This document shows, in pieces, positions 61,687 to 64,000 of a DNA stretch of 64,000 bases. Location: the NCBI GenBank assembly GCA_963812655.1, contig CAWEWX010000077.1, positions 18,660 through 82,659 on the forward strand. Direction: 5' to 3'. Below the pieces are notes generated by a model. That model did no database searches. It saw only the letters and a program-made list of their open reading frames with translations, and was not told the DNA's origin. The number at the start of each line of letters is the position of its first letter. Within the stretch, counting starts at the first letter, position 1. The position numbers were made by a program, and so were the translations under genes. Origin of the DNA: an uncultured delta proteobacterium. GTDB lineage: Bacteria; Desulfobacterota; Desulfobaccia; Desulfobaccales; 0-14-0-80-60-11.

Positions 61687-62703
61687 TTAGGCAGGGGGGG
61701 GCTCTCCCGGGGCGGAACCCCGCCGCGGCCGACGGCTGTCATAGGCCCGGATAATATCTTGCACCAGGGGATGGCGCACCACGTCCCGCTCGCTGAAGTG
61801 CACCAGGGCGATGCCCTCCACCCCCTGCAGCAAGTCCCGAGCTTCCACCAGCCCGGAGGTCACCCCGGAAGGCAGGTCGACCTGGGTCACATCCCCGGTG
61901 ATCACCGCCTTGGACCCGAACCCCAGGCGGGTAAGGAACATCATCATCTGCTCGGAGGTAGTGTTTTGAGCCTCATCCAGGATGACAAAGGAGTCGTTCA
62001 GGGTCCGGCCCCGCATGAAGGCCAGGGGGGCCACCTCGATGATCCCCCGCTGCACCAAACGGCTGGCCTTCTCGAAATCCATCATGTCGTGCATGGCGTC
62101 GTACAGGGGCCGGAGGTAGGGGTTGACCTTTTCCGCCAGGTCCCCGGGCAGGAAACCCAGCTTTTCTCCGGCCTCTACTGCGGGACGGGTGAGGACGATG
62201 CGGGTGGACTCCTGGTTCATTAAGGCCGCCACCGCCATGGCCATGGCCAGGTAAGTCTTGCCGGTGCCCGCCGGCCCCACCCCGAAGACGATGTCGTGGG
62301 TGCGCATCGCCTCGATGTAGCGTTTCTGATTGAGGCTCTTCGGCGAGATGCGCCTCTTCATGGCAGAGATATACACCGTATCCAGGAAGATCTCCTTGAC
62401 CGAAGCGGTCTCCTTGTCCTGGAGAATCCTGATACTATACTGCACATCCTGGGGCAGAAGCGGGTACCCATGGCGCAGCAACTCGTAGAGCTCCAGGAGG
62501 ACCCGCTGGGCCAGACGAACCTCGGCCTCCGCACCTTCCAGGGTCACCTGGTTGCCCCGCACCGGCAGCTTGACCCCCAAGGTGCGGCTGATGATGCGCA
62601 AATGCTTGCCCTGTTCCCCGAACAGGGCCTGGGCCAAGGCGTTGTCTTCAAAGGTGAGTTGGGCGGTGGTCATGGTGTAGGTTTTGGGCGCGGCAGTCTT
62701 CAC
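61687..62703 (-). CDS. phoH: PhoH-like ATPase (PhoH/YbeZ)
   Basis: [36 protein letters not shown]. Start is GTG 62703 (GTGA overlap with the upstream stop) or ATG 62673. Confidence 0.9.
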   Translation of the reverse strand: MKTAAPKTYTMTTAQLTFEDNALAQALFGEQGKHLRIISRTLGVKLPVRGNQVTLEGAEAEVRLAQRVLLELYELLRHGYPLLPQDVQYSIRILQDKETASVKEIFLDTVYISAMKRRISPKSLNQKRYIEAMRTHDIVFGVGPAGTGKTYLAMAMAVAALMNQESTRIVLTRPAVEAGEKLGFLPGDLAEKVNPYLRPLYDAMHDMMDFEKASRLVQRGIIEVAPLAFMRGRTLNDSFVILDEAQNTTSEQMMMFLTRLGFGSKAVITGDVTQVDLPSGVTSGLVEARDLLQGVEGIALVHFSERDVVRHPLVQDIIRAYDSRRPRRGSAPGEPPPA

Positions 62704-63149
62704 CCGGTGGCTGGCTGTAGGCCCAGAACCTGGCCCTGAATCCGGCGCTGCCGGGGCCGGTTGTCAAAATCGAGTAAGACGATCTGCTGCCAGGCGCCCA
62801 ACTGGAGCCGCCCCTGGTCGATGGGGATGCTCAGCGAGGGTTTGAGGAAGGCCGCCCGGACATGTGCATAGCCGTTGCCGTCACCCCAGCGGCGGTCATG
62901 CCCATAGTCCAGGTCTTGGGGGAAAAGCCGCTCGATGGCGGCCTGCAAATCCTGCACCGCACCGCTCTCATATTCGATGGTGGTCAAAGCCGCGGTGGAA
63001 CCGGAAATGAATAGGGTTAGCAAGCCAGCGCTCACCCCGGCGTCCCGAACCTTTGCAGCCACCTGCTGGGTCAGGTCCAGAACGTCGGTGCCCGCCGTAG
63101 TTTCCGCCTCTATACTGAACGACTGCAAGGAGAACATCGAATAGGTCAA
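62700..63149 (-). CDS. YjbQ/UPF0047 family (secondary thiamine-phosphate synthase-type) protein
   Basis: [52 protein letters not shown]. Confidence 0.85.
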   Translation of the reverse strand: MTYSMFSLQSFSIEAETTAGTDVLDLTQQVAAKVRDAGVSAGLLTLFISGSTAALTTIEYESGAVQDLQAAIERLFPQDLDYGHDRRWGDGNGYAHVRAAFLKPSLSIPIDQGRLQLGAWQQIVLLDFDNRPRQRRIQGQVLGLQPATG

Positions 63150-63447
63150 ATTCTCACCAGAGTCCGCAGCCGGTTGTCATTACTGCGGTGGCCTCAACGC
63201 CGGTTTTAATTTTCTCACAATCTGACTAATTAGCAATCCACCCTTGGGGATATTTTTTGTTATCGGCAAAAATTTTGAGCAGGTGAGGAATTCCGGTTCT
63301 TTTCTTTCGGTTTTCCTGGCTTGCCGCTTCTCGGGTCCTTAGCCGGCCGGGTCCATTAAGGCTTGACTACGGCCCCCAAATAATCTAAAAATTTGAAGTT
63401 TGAGAAAATTGGCGTATTGATATCTCTCCCGGGGAACAGGCTGAAGC

Positions 63448-64000
63448 TTGGCGCTATCCAACCAGATCAGAAATCAACGTCTGCAAAAGCTAAAGAAGCT
63501 GCGGGACCAGGGGGGCGTCCTCTATCCCAACAATTTCGCCCCCAGCCACAGCATCGCCCAGGTGATCAAGAAATTCGGTCCCCAGACCAAGACCGAATTG
63601 GAGGGCCTGAGTGAGAAGAGTTTTAAACTGGCCGGCCGCCTGATGCTCCTCCGGGATTTCGGCAAGGCCAGCTTCGGCCACCTCCAGGATGGCGGCAGCC
63701 GGCTGCAGATCTACCTCCAACGCCAGGTAGTGGGCGAGGAGCACTACGCCCGCTTCAAGGGCTTCATCGATCTGGGGGACATTATCGGGGTGGTCGGCAC
63801 CCTGTTCCGCACCCGGACCGATGAACTCACCCTGGCGGTTAAGAGTTTCGTACTCCTGACCAAATCCCTGCGACCCCTGCCGGAGAAATACCACGGCCTT
63901 AGCAATGTTGAGACCAGATATCGCCAACGCTATCTGGACCTGATGGTCAACCCCGAGGTGCACCAGGTCTTCGAGACCAGGACCAAAGTCATCCGAACAA
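63448..64000 (+). CDS. lysS: lysine--tRNA ligase, class II (5' part, runs off right edge)
   Basis: My translation from TTG 63448: MALSNQIRNQRLQKLKKLRDQGGVLYPNNF...GRLMLLRDFGKASFGHLQD...GDIIGVVGTLFRTRTDELTL...LPEKYHGLSNVETRYRQRYLDLMVNPE. Not in the track because there is no stop in the window. Confidence 0.9.
   Translation, partial: MALSNQIRNQRLQKLKKLRDQGGVLYPNNFAPSHSIAQVIKKFGPQTKTELEGLSEKSFKLAGRLMLLRDFGKASFGHLQDGGSRLQIYLQRQVVGEEHYARFKGFIDLGDIIGVVGTLFRTRTDELTLAVKSFVLLTKSLRPLPEKYHGLSNVETRYRQRYLDLMVNPEVHQVFETRTKVIRT

Noticed and set aside
63490-63963. 157-aa minus-strand ORF and the 73-aa plus-strand ORF 63393-63614 at the right edge.
   Set aside because: Both overlap the clear lysS reading frame (third frame, open to the window end) and have no family similarity.

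Overview
GC-rich bacterial chromosomal window. The gene content (CooC, 2-oxoacid:ferredoxin oxidoreductase, U32 peptidase, NifS/IscU, HPS/PHI) suggests a strict anaerobe, possibly Thermodesulfobacteriota/deltaproteobacteria-like; that assignment is inference only. About 60 protein genes are supportable and most are housekeeping. They include the origin-proximal block rsmG-mnmE-jag-yidC-yidD-rnpA-rpmH (28.9-34.7 kb, minus strand), an isolated dnaA (21.9 kb) with no dnaN, mreBCD-mrdA, phoH/7TM-HD/ybeY, dnaJ, rarA, thiC, pdxJ, lysS, two pcm paralogs and an MBOAT/SGNH pair. I saw no rRNA, tRNA, CRISPR array, transposase, integrase or recognisable defence gene. Items worth a second look: (1) a head-to-tail ~2.69 kb duplication of a leaderless HtrA-like protease plus RadA (13.1-18.5 kb), about 98% identical, with a chimeric C-terminus on the first radA and a remodelled spacer. 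(2) A ~450 bp strongly AT-rich single-gene islet directly after the duplication. (3) Adjacent TatA-like and TatB-like genes that each carry a C-terminal zinc ribbon, with no tatC nearby. (4) A NifS-like protein lacking the PLP lysine and neighbouring PLP ligands, paired with an IscU-like scaffold that also carries a zinc ribbon. (5) Phase-locked heptanucleotide tandem repeats (CAGTnnn, nAGGGnn, CGGTTTT) at eight or more loci, several starting 1-4 nt after a stop codon. (6) Two families of ~200-290 bp composite hairpin repeats, a TIR-bounded MITE-like element and dense mixed REP clusters. (7) Apparent frameshifts in an MDR dehydrogenase and in the exported pcm paralog. I cannot point to one clear-cut new multi-gene system. 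The duplicated protease-RadA module and the Tat/zinc-ribbon pair are my best candidates.
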